From assembly GCA_016125555.1 (NCBI GenBank), contig WGLN01000012.1, positions 11,238-75,237 on the forward strand: a stretch of DNA of 64,000 nt. The letters run 5' to 3'. This stretch comes from Porphyrobacter sp. Its GTDB lineage: Bacteria; Pseudomonadota; Alphaproteobacteria; Sphingomonadales; Sphingomonadaceae. This document shows, one piece after another, positions 9,885 to 18,919 of the stretch. Position 1 is the first letter of the stretch. The number at the start of each line of letters is the position of its first letter. Position numbers and translations under genes: made by a program. The notes below the pieces were generated by a model, which saw only the letters and a list, made by a program, of their open reading frames with translations, made no database searches and had not been told where the DNA came from.

Positions 9885-10523
9885 ATGAACGAGACCCAGC
9901 TCTACCTCATCTCGCCGCTCGCTTGTTCGGGCGAGTTTCCCGCGCGGCTCGAACGCGCGCTGGCGGCGGGCGCGCGGCGGCATGGCGATCTTGTCACCGC
10001 CTTCCAGTTCCGCGTGAAGGGTGTCGACCAGCACGAGGCCGCGCGCCTCGCGACGCCGCTCCAGGCGATCTGCGCGGCGCATGACGTGGCCTTCATCGTC
10101 AACGATTCGGTCGCGCTCGCCAAGCGGCTGAAGGCTGACGGGGTGCATCTCGGGCAGGACGACGGCTCGCCCAAGGATGCCCGCGCCGAATTGGGCCGCG
10201 AGGCGCAGATCGGCGTCACCTGTCACGCCAGCCGCCACCTGGCGATGGAAGCGGGCGAGGCGGGGGCGGACTATGTGGCCTTCGGGGCCTTCTTCCCCTC
10301 GGCCACCAAGGACAAGGGAGACGCGGCGCGACCCGATCCTGAACTGCTGCGCTGGTGGAGCACGCTCTTCGAAATCCCCTGCGTCGCGATCGGCGGGATC
10401 ACGCCCGGAAACTGCCGCCCGCTGGTCGAGGCCGGGGCCGATTTCCTCGCGGTTAGCCATGCGGTCTGGGGCGGGGACGAGGTCGCCGCGATCGAGGCTT
10501 TCGGCAAGGTCATGCGGCCCTGA
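9885..10523 (+). CDS. thiE: Thiamine-phosphate synthase
   Basis: 212 aa with a TMP-TENI family pattern (VHLGQDD, GGI). Good GC3. Confidence 0.85.
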   Translation: MNETQLYLISPLACSGEFPARLERALAAGARRHGDLVTAFQFRVKGVDQHEAARLATPLQAICAAHDVAFIVNDSVALAKRLKADGVHLGQDDGSPKDARAELGREAQIGVTCHASRHLAMEAGEAGADYVAFGAFFPSATKDKGDAARPDPELLRWWSTLFEIPCVAIGGITPGNCRPLVEAGADFLAVSHAVWGGDEVAAIEAFGKVMRP

Positions 10524-10532
10524 GCAGCGGGG

Positions 10533-11291
10533 CTACATCCGCTCCTTCACGCCCTTCCTGATCAGCCACCAGTTGGTCGGATAGGCGGTCAGGAAGCCCG
10601 CCAGCATCGCGATCTGCATGGCGAACCAGAACTCCGGCGTGTTCACCTCGGCCAAGCCCCCGTAGGCGTGCCGGAACCACGCGAATTGCAGCACCGCCAT
10701 CATTCCATACATCCCGACCTGCCACGAGGTGATCGAGGCGGCGTCCGCCTTCACCGCCTGCCACAGGCCTTGCCGGACCGAAAGGTCGCGCATCGGCTTG
10801 ATGGTGAAATACTGGAAGACGACCCCGAGCAGGAAGGCGACCGCATAGTCCAGCACCCAGACGGCGAAGATCTTCTCGGAAAACAGCGCGTGCCACCCGA
10901 GCCAGACCGCGAGCGTCGGGAAGGCGAAGGCGCTCCACTCGGCGATGATGTCGCCCAGGGTGCAGCCCGCGCCGCAGTGACTGGCGCCCTTGGCGACCGC
11001 GGCCCAGAAGGGCGGGTTCTTCTCCGCCTCGCTGGCCGGCACGCCGGCACCCTTGGGCCGGCCGAAGCGCCAGTAGAGCCACGCCCACAAGACCGTGCCG
11101 AACAGGGCCGTGAGCGGCCAGACGAGATTCATCACCCCCATTTTCTGCGGATGGCGCGCGACGTCGATCGCCACGGCCGCCGCGCACAGCGCCCCCAGCA
11201 GGAGCGTCGCGACCGCAAGGATGTGCAGCCATTGGGGAAACGCGGCGGTTGCCATGCGCGGACAAGGGCGCGGACCGGCTTTTTGTTCCAT
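10533..11291 (-). CDS. Integral membrane protein, DUF4396-like
   Basis: 252 aa and multi-TM. The start is uncertain (M1 or M13). Confidence 0.55.
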   Translation of the reverse strand: MEQKAGPRPCPRMATAAFPQWLHILAVATLLLGALCAAAVAIDVARHPQKMGVMNLVWPLTALFGTVLWAWLYWRFGRPKGAGVPASEAEKNPPFWAAVAKGASHCGAGCTLGDIIAEWSAFAFPTLAVWLGWHALFSEKIFAVWVLDYAVAFLLGVVFQYFTIKPMRDLSVRQGLWQAVKADAASITSWQVGMYGMMAVLQFAWFRHAYGGLAEVNTPEFWFAMQIAMLAGFLTAYPTNWWLIRKGVKERM

Positions 11292-11319
11292 CTCCGCCGC
11301 TTGCCGGGGCGGCTGCGCC

Positions 11320-11748
11320 TCAGCCCGAATAGCTGCCCAGACGGGTGCAGACGAGCTTGCTCAGGGTCCCGTCGGCGTTGAGCTTCTGGAGGGTGTTGGC
11401 GCCGAGCAGCCGGAAGCGTTCGTCCTTCTTGGGGCCGCGGGTGAAGACCAGCTCGTTGCCGCGCAGCAGGTAGATCCCGCGCCCCTGCGGACTACGGTAG
11501 CTCGAGGCATTGCCGATCCGGAAGCTTTCGGTCTCGACCACCACGAAGGCCTCGCCGCCCGCATCGCCGGGCAGGGCGCATTGCCAGTTTCCGCGCTGGA
11601 GCGTACCGAGCGTCCCGCCGCCGGGCACCGCGGCGCTGCGTTCCTGCGGGCGCGCCGCCTCGCGGTCCTGGGCGCGGGTGAGGCCCGATCCGAAGGCGGC
11701 GAGCGCCGCCGCGCACAGAGTGAGAAGGATGACATGGCGGGTTCGCAT
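11320..11748 (-). CDS. Secreted hypothetical protein
   Basis: 142 aa. N-terminal signal peptide MRTRHVILLTLCAAALAAFG, two Cys residues, coding-like GC3. Confidence 0.6.
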   Translation of the reverse strand: MRTRHVILLTLCAAALAAFGSGLTRAQDREAARPQERSAAVPGGGTLGTLQRGNWQCALPGDAGGEAFVVVETESFRIGNASSYRSPQGRGIYLLRGNELVFTRGPKKDERFRLLGANTLQKLNADGTLSKLVCTRLGSYSG

Positions 11749-11905
11749 GGCGCGCCTCTACCAGCCCCGCGGGCGCAAGGCCACGCCTTTCCCCGCGCTT
11801 GCCGTGCGGGTCGCTATCGGCTATCGGCGCCCATCCATTGCGGGATGCCTGCCCAAGGGCGGCGCGCCCTCCCACCATTCCTTTCCTTAGAAGGCTCGCA
11901 GCCCC

Positions 11906-12469
11906 ATGAAGATCAGCGGCGTCGATATCCGTCCCGGCAACATCCTCGAATACGAAGGCGGCATCTGGAAGGTCGCCAAGATCCAGCACACCCAGCCCGG
12001 CAAGGGCGGGGCCTACATGCAGGTCGAAATGAAGAACCTGCAGGATGGCCGCAAGACCAACGTTCGCTTCCGCAGCGCGGACACGGTCGAGCGGGTGCGG
12101 CTCGACACCAAGGACTTCCAGTTCCTCTACGAGGACGGCGACATGCTGGTGTTCATGGACCAGGACACCTACGAGCAGATCAACCTGCCCTCGGACCTGC
12201 TCGGCGATGCCCGACCCTTCCTCCAGGACGGGATGCAGGTGATGCTCGAGCTGTGGGACGAAAAACCGATCTCGGTCGAGCTGCCGCAGCAGGTCGAGGC
12301 GACCATCGTCGAGGCCGATGCGGTGGTGAAGGGGCAGACCGCCTCGTCGAGCTACAAGCCCGCGATCCTCGACAACGGCGTGCGCATCATGGTGCCGCCC
12401 CACATCGAAAGCGGCACGCGGATCGTGGTCGATGTCTACGAACAGGCCTATGTCGGCAAGGCCGGCTGA
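11906..12469 (+). CDS. efp: Elongation factor P
   Basis: 187 aa. [16 protein letters not shown] loop and overall EF-P pattern. Confidence 0.97.
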   Translation: MKISGVDIRPGNILEYEGGIWKVAKIQHTQPGKGGAYMQVEMKNLQDGRKTNVRFRSADTVERVRLDTKDFQFLYEDGDMLVFMDQDTYEQINLPSDLLGDARPFLQDGMQVMLELWDEKPISVELPQQVEATIVEADAVVKGQTASSSYKPAILDNGVRIMVPPHIESGTRIVVDVYEQAYVGKAG

Positions 12470-12479
12470 GGCCAGACAC

Positions 12480-12552
12480 CCGTTCGTGTCGAGCGAAGTC
12501 GAGACACCTTAGCGCCGTAAACCCGCCTCTCGACGTCGCTCGAGGCGAACGG
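12480..12552. repeat. Nested-hairpin intercistronic repeat, copy 2 (efp-suhB spacer)
   Basis: CCGTTCGTGTCGAGCG..GTCGAGACACCT..TCTCGAC..CGCTCGAGGCGAACGG. Same architecture as 6193-6262. Confidence 0.7.
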
Positions 12553-12565
12553 CAGAGAGTTTGAA

Positions 12566-13384
12566 ATGGCAGCTATTTCCGGCCTCATCCGCGTCATGGA
12601 ACGCGCCGCGCGCAAGGCGGGCGGGCGTTTGCGGCGCGACTTCGGCGAAGTCGAGCACCTGCAGGTCAGCCGCAAGGGGCCGGCGGACTTCGTCTCCAAG
12701 GCCGATATGCGCGCCGAGCGCACGCTCTATGACGAGCTTTCCGCCGCGCGTCCCGGCTGGGGCTTCCTGATGGAGGAAGCGGGCGAGATTGCCGGCGATC
12801 CGGGGATGCCCCGGTGGATCGTCGATCCACTGGACGGCACCAGCAACTTCCTCCACGGCATCCCCCATTTCGCGATCAGCATCGCCGCGCAGGAACCGCG
12901 CCCTGATGGCAAGGGCTGGGGCGAGGTGGTCGCGGGCGTGATCTACCAGCCGGTCACCGACGAGACCTACTGGGCCGAGAAATCGCGCGGCGCATGGCTC
13001 CACGATGCGCGGCTGCGGGTCTCGGCGCGCTCGCGCCTCTCCGATGCGCTGGTGGCGACCGGCATTCCCTTCTTCGGCCACGGCGACTTCGCCGAATGGA
13101 GCCGCATCTTCGGCGCGATCGGGCCCGAGGTCGCGGGCATCCGCCGCTTCGGTTCGGCCGCGCTCGATCTCGCCTATGTGGCGCAGGGCCGCTTCGACGG
13201 GTTCTGGGAAAGCGGACTTTCGGAATGGGACACCGCCGCCGGCTGCCTGCTGGTGCGCGAGGCGGGCGGCTTCGTTTCTGACTTCCGCGGCCGCTCGCAG
13301 CCGATCCACGCCGATCAGGTGCTCGCCGCCAACGATGTGCTGCATTCCAAGCTCCACAAGCTGCTGGCCGGAAGCCTGCGGTAA
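12566..13384 (+). CDS. suhB: Inositol monophosphatase family protein
   Basis: 272 aa. Motif WIVDPLDGTSNF. Confidence 0.9.
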   Translation: MAAISGLIRVMERAARKAGGRLRRDFGEVEHLQVSRKGPADFVSKADMRAERTLYDELSAARPGWGFLMEEAGEIAGDPGMPRWIVDPLDGTSNFLHGIPHFAISIAAQEPRPDGKGWGEVVAGVIYQPVTDETYWAEKSRGAWLHDARLRVSARSRLSDALVATGIPFFGHGDFAEWSRIFGAIGPEVAGIRRFGSAALDLAYVAQGRFDGFWESGLSEWDTAAGCLLVREAGGFVSDFRGRSQPIHADQVLAANDVLHSKLHKLLAGSLR

Positions 13385-13438
13385 GTTCTGTTGATTTGCG
13401 CCGGGGCGGGGTTTAACAGCGCTCCCACCCGCACAGGC

Positions 13439-13523
13439 GCCCCTGTGGTGGAATTGGTAGACGCGACCGACTCAAAATCGGTTGGAGAAATCCGTGCCAG
13501 TTCGAGTCTGGCCAGGGGCACCA
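13439..13523 (+). tRNA. tRNA-Leu (anticodon CAA)
   Basis: 85 nt with a long variable arm. Acceptor GCCCCTG/CAGGGGC, anticodon loop CTCAAAA, encoded CCA. Confidence 0.95.
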
Positions 13524-13592
13524 CCTTCGGACACTTCCCCATAAACCGCTTGTCTTTGCCCCGCGCCATTGGGTAGCCACGAGGGCATTACG

Positions 13593-15428
13593 ATGCTGGA
13601 AGCCCCGTCCTATCACGCGATAGCAGCCATGGCGGTGACCATCGCGATGTTCATCGCCTTCGCCCGCGGGCGCTATCCGGTCGAGATCATCTCGCTCATC
13701 ACCATCGCAGTCATCGGAGTGGGGCTCTATTTCGCCCCGCTCGAAGGCACCAAGCCGACCGATGGGCTCGCCATCGCCTTCGGGGGCTTCGGCCACCAGG
13801 CGCTGATCACGATCTGCGCGCTGATGATCATGGGGCGCGGGCTGGTGGTGACCGGCGCGCTCGAGCCCTTCGCCCGTCTGCTTGAACGGATCTTCCGCGC
13901 CAATGGGCAGCTCGGCCTGCTGTTCGCGCTGCTGATCGCCTTCGCCCTCTCGATGTTCGTCAACGACACGCCGGTGATGGTGCTGCTGCTGCCGATCCTC
14001 GTCGCGTTGGCGGGCAAGGGCGTTGCGGCCTCCTCCAAGACGCTCATGCCGGTCAATGCCGCGGTGCTGATCGGCGGGATGGCGACGACCATCGGCACCT
14101 CGACCAATATCCTCGTGGTGAGCATCGCCGAGGATATCGGGATGAAGACCATCGGGGTGTTCCAGTTCACCCCGATCGTGCTGATCGCCGCGATGGCCGC
14201 GCTGCCTTACCTGTGGCTGGTGATGCCGCGGCTGCTGCGCGACAATTCGGTGCTGGCCGACACCATGCGGCGCATCTTCCACACCCGGCTGCGGGTGGGT
14301 TCCTCCAGCCTGCTTGCGGGCGCCGACATGGCGGCGATCAAGGCGAGGCTGCCCGAGGGCATCACCTTCCACGATCAGCCGACCGGCGCGCTCCAGCCGC
14401 ACCAGCGCCTGCACATATCGGGCACGCACGAGGCGATCGAGGAGGCCGCGCGCGCGCTCAAGGGCGAACTCGCGCCCTCGTGGGTGCTCGACCGGATCCG
14501 CCGCATCTCCAAGACGCAGGATCAGGATGTCGTCGCGGTCGAGATGACGGTGACGTCGGATTCGCGTCTCATCACCCGCACGCTCGCCAGCTCGGGCATT
14601 GCCGATCTCTACGGTGTCGCGGTGCTCGGCATCCACCGGCCGGACCGCGTTCTGGGCGAGCGTGACACCTATTCCGAGGCCGGCGACCTGCGCATTCTGG
14701 AAGGCGACGTGCTGCTGGTGATGGGGATCGAGGAAGACCTCAACAACTTCGCCGCCAATGACGGGCTGCTCAGGCTCGAAGGCGCGCGCGAGATGCCGCG
14801 CCGGTCGAAGGCGGTGCTGGCGGGCGCTATCATGCTCGGCGCGATCGCCACCGCCTCGCTCGGCGTGCCGTGGATCGGACCGGGGGGGCTCACCTCGATC
14901 AAGCTGCCGATCGCGATCTCGGCGCTGGCCGGGGCGATCGTGATGTTCGTGACGGGCTGCGTGAAGTTCGACCGCGTGGGGCGCGCCCTGTCGGCCAAGG
15001 TGATCGTGCTGATCGCCGCGAGCATCGCCATCGGCCGGGTGATCGACGCGAGCGGGGCGGCGGCGTGGCTGGGCGAGGCGCTGGCGCTCGGGCTGGCCTA
15101 CCTGCCGCCGGCGCTGGTGCTTTCCGCGATCATGATCTTCGTCACCATCGTCACCAATTTCGCCTCCAACGCCACTGCCGCGACCATCGGCACACCCATC
15201 GCCTACAGCATCGCGAGCCAGCTTGGCTTGCCGCCCGAGCCGTTGGTGCTCGCGGTGCTGTTCGGCTGCAACCTGTGTTACGCCACCCCGATCGCCTATC
15301 AGACCAACATGCTGATCATGTCCGAAGGCGGCTATGATTTCGGCGACTACGTGCGCGCCGGTGTGCCGCTGGTGGCACTGATGGTGACCGTGCTCTCGGT
15401 GCTTCTGGTGCTGTGGTACGGGCTGTGA
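13593..15428 (+). CDS. SLC13/DASS-family anion permease with internal TrkA-C (RCK_C) domains
   Basis: ATG at 13593 after GAGGG (the track ORF starts at a TTG at 13569). Multi-TM halves flank a soluble middle region. Confidence 0.8.
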   Translation: MLEAPSYHAIAAMAVTIAMFIAFARGRYPVEIISLITIAVIGVGLYFAPLEGTKPTDGLAIAFGGFGHQALITICALMIMGRGLVVTGALEPFARLLERIFRANGQLGLLFALLIAFALSMFVNDTPVMVLLLPILVALAGKGVAASSKTLMPVNAAVLIGGMATTIGTSTNILVVSIAEDIGMKTIGVFQFTPIVLIAAMAALPYLWLVMPRLLRDNSVLADTMRRIFHTRLRVGSSSLLAGADMAAIKARLPEGITFHDQPTGALQPHQRLHISGTHEAIEEAARALKGELAPSWVLDRIRRISKTQDQDVVAVEMTVTSDSRLITRTLASSGIADLYGVAVLGIHRPDRVLGERDTYSEAGDLRILEGDVLLVMGIEEDLNNFAANDGLLRLEGAREMPRRSKAVLAGAIMLGAIATASLGVPWIGPGGLTSIKLPIAISALAGAIVMFVTGCVKFDRVGRALSAKVIVLIAASIAIGRVIDASGAAAWLGEALALGLAYLPPALVLSAIMIFVTIVTNFASNATAATIGTPIAYSIASQLGLPPEPLVLAVLFGCNLCYATPIAYQTNMLIMSEGGYDFGDYVRAGVPLVALMVTVLSVLLVLWYGL

Positions 15429-15457
15429 AGATCGAGAGGCCAAACAGGGAGAAGATC

Positions 15458-16777
15458 ATGAGGTTGCGTTTCGGATTGGCAGGGGCAAGCGCGCTGGCGC
15501 TGCTGGCGGTGCCTGCGCAGGCGGACGAGCTGCGCGAGGCGGTGGCGGCGGAGATGCCCGCACTGGTCGATCTCTACAAGGACCTCCACGCCAATCCCGA
15601 ACTGAGCTTCCAGGAGGTCGAGACCGCGAAGAAGCTAGCCGCCCGCGCCCGCGCGCTGGGCTTCGAGGTGACCGAGGGCGTCGGCCGGACCGGTGTGGTC
15701 GCGGTGCTGAAGAACGGCGAGGGGCCCACGGTGATGCTGCGCGCCGACATGGACGGGCTGCCGGTGGTCGAGCAGACCGGGCTGCCCTTCGCCTCGACCA
15801 AGAAGGGCGTCCCCGCGAGCGGGATCGAGACCGGCATCATGCACGCCTGCGGCCACGACACCCACATGACCGCCTGGGTCGGCACCGCGCAATTGCTGGC
15901 CGCGCGCAGGGATGAATGGTCGGGCACGCTGGTGATGATCCTCCAGCCCGCCGAGGAAATCGGCGAGGGCGCCAAGGCGATGCTCGACGATGGGCTCTAC
16001 ACCCGCTTTCCCAAGCCCGACTATGTGCTCGCCTTCCACGATGCGGCGGCCGCGCCTGCCGGGATGATCGGCTATTCCAAGGGCTTCGCGCTGGCGAACG
16101 TGGACTCGGTCGACGTGGTGGTGCCCGGTGTCGGCGGCCACGGGGCCTATCCGCACACCACCAAGGACCCGATCGTGATCGCGTCCGCCATCGTCATGCG
16201 GTTGCAGACGCTGGTGAGCCGCGAGCTCGACCCGCAGGAGCCCGCCGTGGTGACCGTCGGCAGCTTCCAGGCCGGGGCCAAGCACAACATCATCCCGGAC
16301 GAGGCGCGGCTCCAGATCACCGTGCGCTCCTATGCCGACAAGACCCGCCAGCACCTGCTCGACGGGATCGCCCGCATCGCGCGGGGCGAGGCGCTGGCGG
16401 CGGGAGTGCCCAAGGACAAGCTGCCGAAGGTGACGGTGCAGGACCCCTATACGCCTGCCACCTACAACACCCCGGAGTTCACCGACCGGGTGATGGCGGG
16501 GCTCAAGACCCGCTTCGGCGAGCGGGTCATGGCGACGCCTGCGGTGATGGGCGGCGAGGATTTCAGCCAGTATTACCGCGCCGACCGCGAGAACGTCGAA
16601 TCGCTGATCTTCTGGGTCGGCGGGGTGCCACAGGCGCAGTGGGAGCGCGCGCAGAAGGGTGAGATAGAACTGCCCTCGCTGCACTCCCCGTTCTCGGCGC
16701 CCGACGCTCCGGTGGTCATCGCCACCGCGACCGAGGCGCTGACTGCGGCGACGCTCGACCTGATGAAGAAGGGTTGA
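15458..16777 (+). CDS. Secreted M20-family amidohydrolase (aminoacylase/hippurate-hydrolase-like)
   Basis: ATG at 15458 after AGGGAGAAG. Signal peptide MRLRFGLAGASALALLAVPAQA. Metal-site pattern HACGHD. Confidence 0.85.
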   Translation: MRLRFGLAGASALALLAVPAQADELREAVAAEMPALVDLYKDLHANPELSFQEVETAKKLAARARALGFEVTEGVGRTGVVAVLKNGEGPTVMLRADMDGLPVVEQTGLPFASTKKGVPASGIETGIMHACGHDTHMTAWVGTAQLLAARRDEWSGTLVMILQPAEEIGEGAKAMLDDGLYTRFPKPDYVLAFHDAAAAPAGMIGYSKGFALANVDSVDVVVPGVGGHGAYPHTTKDPIVIASAIVMRLQTLVSRELDPQEPAVVTVGSFQAGAKHNIIPDEARLQITVRSYADKTRQHLLDGIARIARGEALAAGVPKDKLPKVTVQDPYTPATYNTPEFTDRVMAGLKTRFGERVMATPAVMGGEDFSQYYRADRENVESLIFWVGGVPQAQWERAQKGEIELPSLHSPFSAPDAPVVIATATEALTAATLDLMKKG

Positions 16778-16785
16778 ACGATTTC

Positions 16786-16832
16786 GGCCGCCGGAGCGCA
16801 TCCCTCGCGGGAGCGTTCCGGCGGCCGTTTCT
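16786..16832 (+). terminator. Rho-independent terminator of the M20 gene
   Basis: 14-bp stem GGCCGCCGGAGCGC / GCGTTCCGGCGGCC (one mismatch) followed by GTTTCT. Confidence 0.7.
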
Positions 16833-16859
16833 CCTCCCCAGGAGAACTGTTGAAACGGG

Positions 16860-17045
16860 CTATTCCGAAGCGGGCACGTAGGTCCCGAGGCGGTGGTGCA
16901 GGGCGTTGATCTTGGCCAGCTCCTCGCGGTCCTCGGTGGTGCGGGCGTGGCTTTCGAGCGCGCGGCGCAGCAGCTTCATGTCGGCGGTCGAGAGCAGCGC
17001 ACGGGCGCGGGCGGGCTCGGTCTTGGGGGTATCGGTATCGCTCAT
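16860..17045 (-). CDS. Small hypothetical protein (about 61 aa)
   Basis: GAGGAGA lies 6 nt upstream of the ATG at 17045. Charged and helical-looking. No family recognised. Confidence 0.4.
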   Translation of the reverse strand: MSDTDTPKTEPARARALLSTADMKLLRRALESHARTTEDREELAKINALHHRLGTYVPASE

Positions 17046-17096
17046 CGTCACTCTCCTCGGGTGAATATCCCGAGTCCTTAGGCGGATCGGAGGCTT

Positions 17097-17128
17097 CCCG
17101 CAAAGGCCGGATTGCCGGCCCTTGCGGG
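17097..17128 (-). terminator. 14-bp GC hairpin just downstream of aceA (possible terminator or stabiliser; no U-tract on the minus strand)
   Basis: CCCGCAAAGGCCGG ATTG CCGGCCCTTGCGGG, read directly. Confidence 0.35.
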
Positions 17129-17139
17129 GTTTCAGCGGA

Positions 17140-18738
17140 TTACGCAGCCTCGAACTGGTTCATCGTGTTGTGCGCACCGCCCGCCTTCAGGGCAGCCTCG
17201 CCGGCGAAGTATTCCTTGTGGTCATCGCCGATGTCGCTGCCGGCCATGTTCTGGTGCTTCACGCAGGCGATCCCTTCGCGGATCTCCTTGCGCTGCACGT
17301 TCTTGACATAGCCCAGCATCGCCTGCTCGCCGAAATACTCGCGGGCGAGATTGTCGGTGCTGAGCGCCGCGGTGTGATAGGTCGGCAGGGTGATGAGGTG
17401 GTGGAAGATGCCGGCCCGCGCCGCGGCGTCGCGCTGGAAGGTGCGGATCTTCTCGTCGGCCTCGGCGGCGAGTTCGGTGCCGTCGTAGTCGACGCTCATC
17501 AACCGGTCGCGATCGTAGGCCGAGACATCCTTTCCTTCCTCGACCCACTTGTCGAAGATCTGCTGCCGGAAGTTGAGCGTCCAGTTGAAGCTCGGCGAGT
17601 TGTTGTAGACGAGCTTCGCATTGGGCACGACTTCGCGGATGCGGTCGACCATCTTGGCGATCTGTTCCACATGCGGCTTCTCGGTCTCGATCCACAAGAG
17701 GTCGGCGCCGTTCTGGAGCGAGGTTATGCAGTCGAGCACGACGCGGTCCTCGCCGGTGCCGGGGCGGAACTGGTAGAGGTTCGAGGGCAGGCGCTTGGGC
17801 GCGAGCAGCTTGCCGTCGCGGCTGATGAAGACCTGGCCGTTGGTGACGTTCGCGGGATCGACCTCGTCTGCATCGAGGAAGGCGTTGTACTGGTCGCCAA
17901 GGTCGCCCGGCTCCTTCGAATAGGCGATCTGCTTGGTCAGGCCGGCGCCGAGCGAATCGGTCCGCGCGACGATGATCCCGTCCTCGACGCCCATTTCGAG
18001 GAAGGCGTGGCGGCAGGCGCGGATCTTCTGGAGGAAGTCCTCGTGCGGCACGGTGACCTTGCCGTCCTGGTGGCCGCACTGCTTCTCGTCCGAGACCTGG
18101 TTCTCGATCTGGAGCGCACAGGCCCCCGCCTCGATCATCTTCTTGGCGAGCAGGTAGGTCGCCTCGGCATTGCCGAAGCCTGCGTCGATGTCGGCGATGA
18201 TCGGCACGACGTGGGTTTCGTAATTGTCGATTGCGTTCTCGAGCCGCTTGGCCTCGACCGCGTCACCGGCCTCGCGGGCCTTGTCGAGCGCGCGGAACAT
18301 CATGCCGAGCTCGCGCGCGTCGGCCTGCTTGAGGAAGGTGTAGAGTTCGCCGATGAGGTCGGGCACCGAGGTCTTCTCGTGCATCGACTGGTCGGGCAGG
18401 GGGCCGAATTCGCTGCGCAGCGCGGCGACCATCCAGCCCGAAAGGTAGAGGTAGCGGCGCTTGGTCGAGCCGAAGTGCTTCTTGATCGCGATCATCTTCT
18501 GCTGCGCGATGAAGCCGTGCCAGCAGCCCAGCGACTGGGTGTATTGCGCCGGGTCCGCGTCATAGGCGGCCATGTCGGCGCGCATGATCTTGGCGGTGTA
18601 CTTGGCGATGTCGAGGCCGGTCGGGAAGCGGTTCTGGATCACCATGCGGGCGGCGTTCTCGGGATCGATCGCGGCCCAGCTCGGCCCGTTCGCACTCACG
18701 ATGTCACGCATGCGGGTGATAGTGTTCTGGTAGGTCAT
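17140..18738 (-). CDS. aceA: Isocitrate lyase (long form)
   Basis: 532 aa. Catalytic KQCGHQ motif. Confidence 0.95.
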   Translation of the reverse strand: MTYQNTITRMRDIVSANGPSWAAIDPENAARMVIQNRFPTGLDIAKYTAKIMRADMAAYDADPAQYTQSLGCWHGFIAQQKMIAIKKHFGSTKRRYLYLSGWMVAALRSEFGPLPDQSMHEKTSVPDLIGELYTFLKQADARELGMMFRALDKAREAGDAVEAKRLENAIDNYETHVVPIIADIDAGFGNAEATYLLAKKMIEAGACALQIENQVSDEKQCGHQDGKVTVPHEDFLQKIRACRHAFLEMGVEDGIIVARTDSLGAGLTKQIAYSKEPGDLGDQYNAFLDADEVDPANVTNGQVFISRDGKLLAPKRLPSNLYQFRPGTGEDRVVLDCITSLQNGADLLWIETEKPHVEQIAKMVDRIREVVPNAKLVYNNSPSFNWTLNFRQQIFDKWVEEGKDVSAYDRDRLMSVDYDGTELAAEADEKIRTFQRDAAARAGIFHHLITLPTYHTAALSTDNLAREYFGEQAMLGYVKNVQRKEIREGIACVKHQNMAGSDIGDDHKEYFAGEAALKAGGAHNTMNQFEAA

Positions 18739-18919
18739 TCCTGCTTCTCCTGTCCGTTCGGGCGCGCTTCGGTCGGGGGGAGGGAATCGCGCTGCCCTTC
18801 GAGAGGACTTGTGGCGTGTTGCGGCGCAGCACGACAGGAAAACTTACAAGAAATCGTGTCGCTATGCCGACATTCGGCTGGAATGTTGTGTCAATCGGTA
18901 AAGTAATTTACAAAGCGGC

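Noticed and set aside
13413-15443. 676-aa minus-strand ORF antisense to the SLC13 permease
   Set aside because: Same GC-rich antisense artefact (runs of R, H, D, G). The plus-strand frame encodes a coherent multi-TM transporter.
17122-18906. 594-aa plus-strand ORF overlapping aceA
   Set aside because: It is antisense to isocitrate lyase, which carries the catalytic KQCGHQ motif. The plus-frame product is low-complexity.
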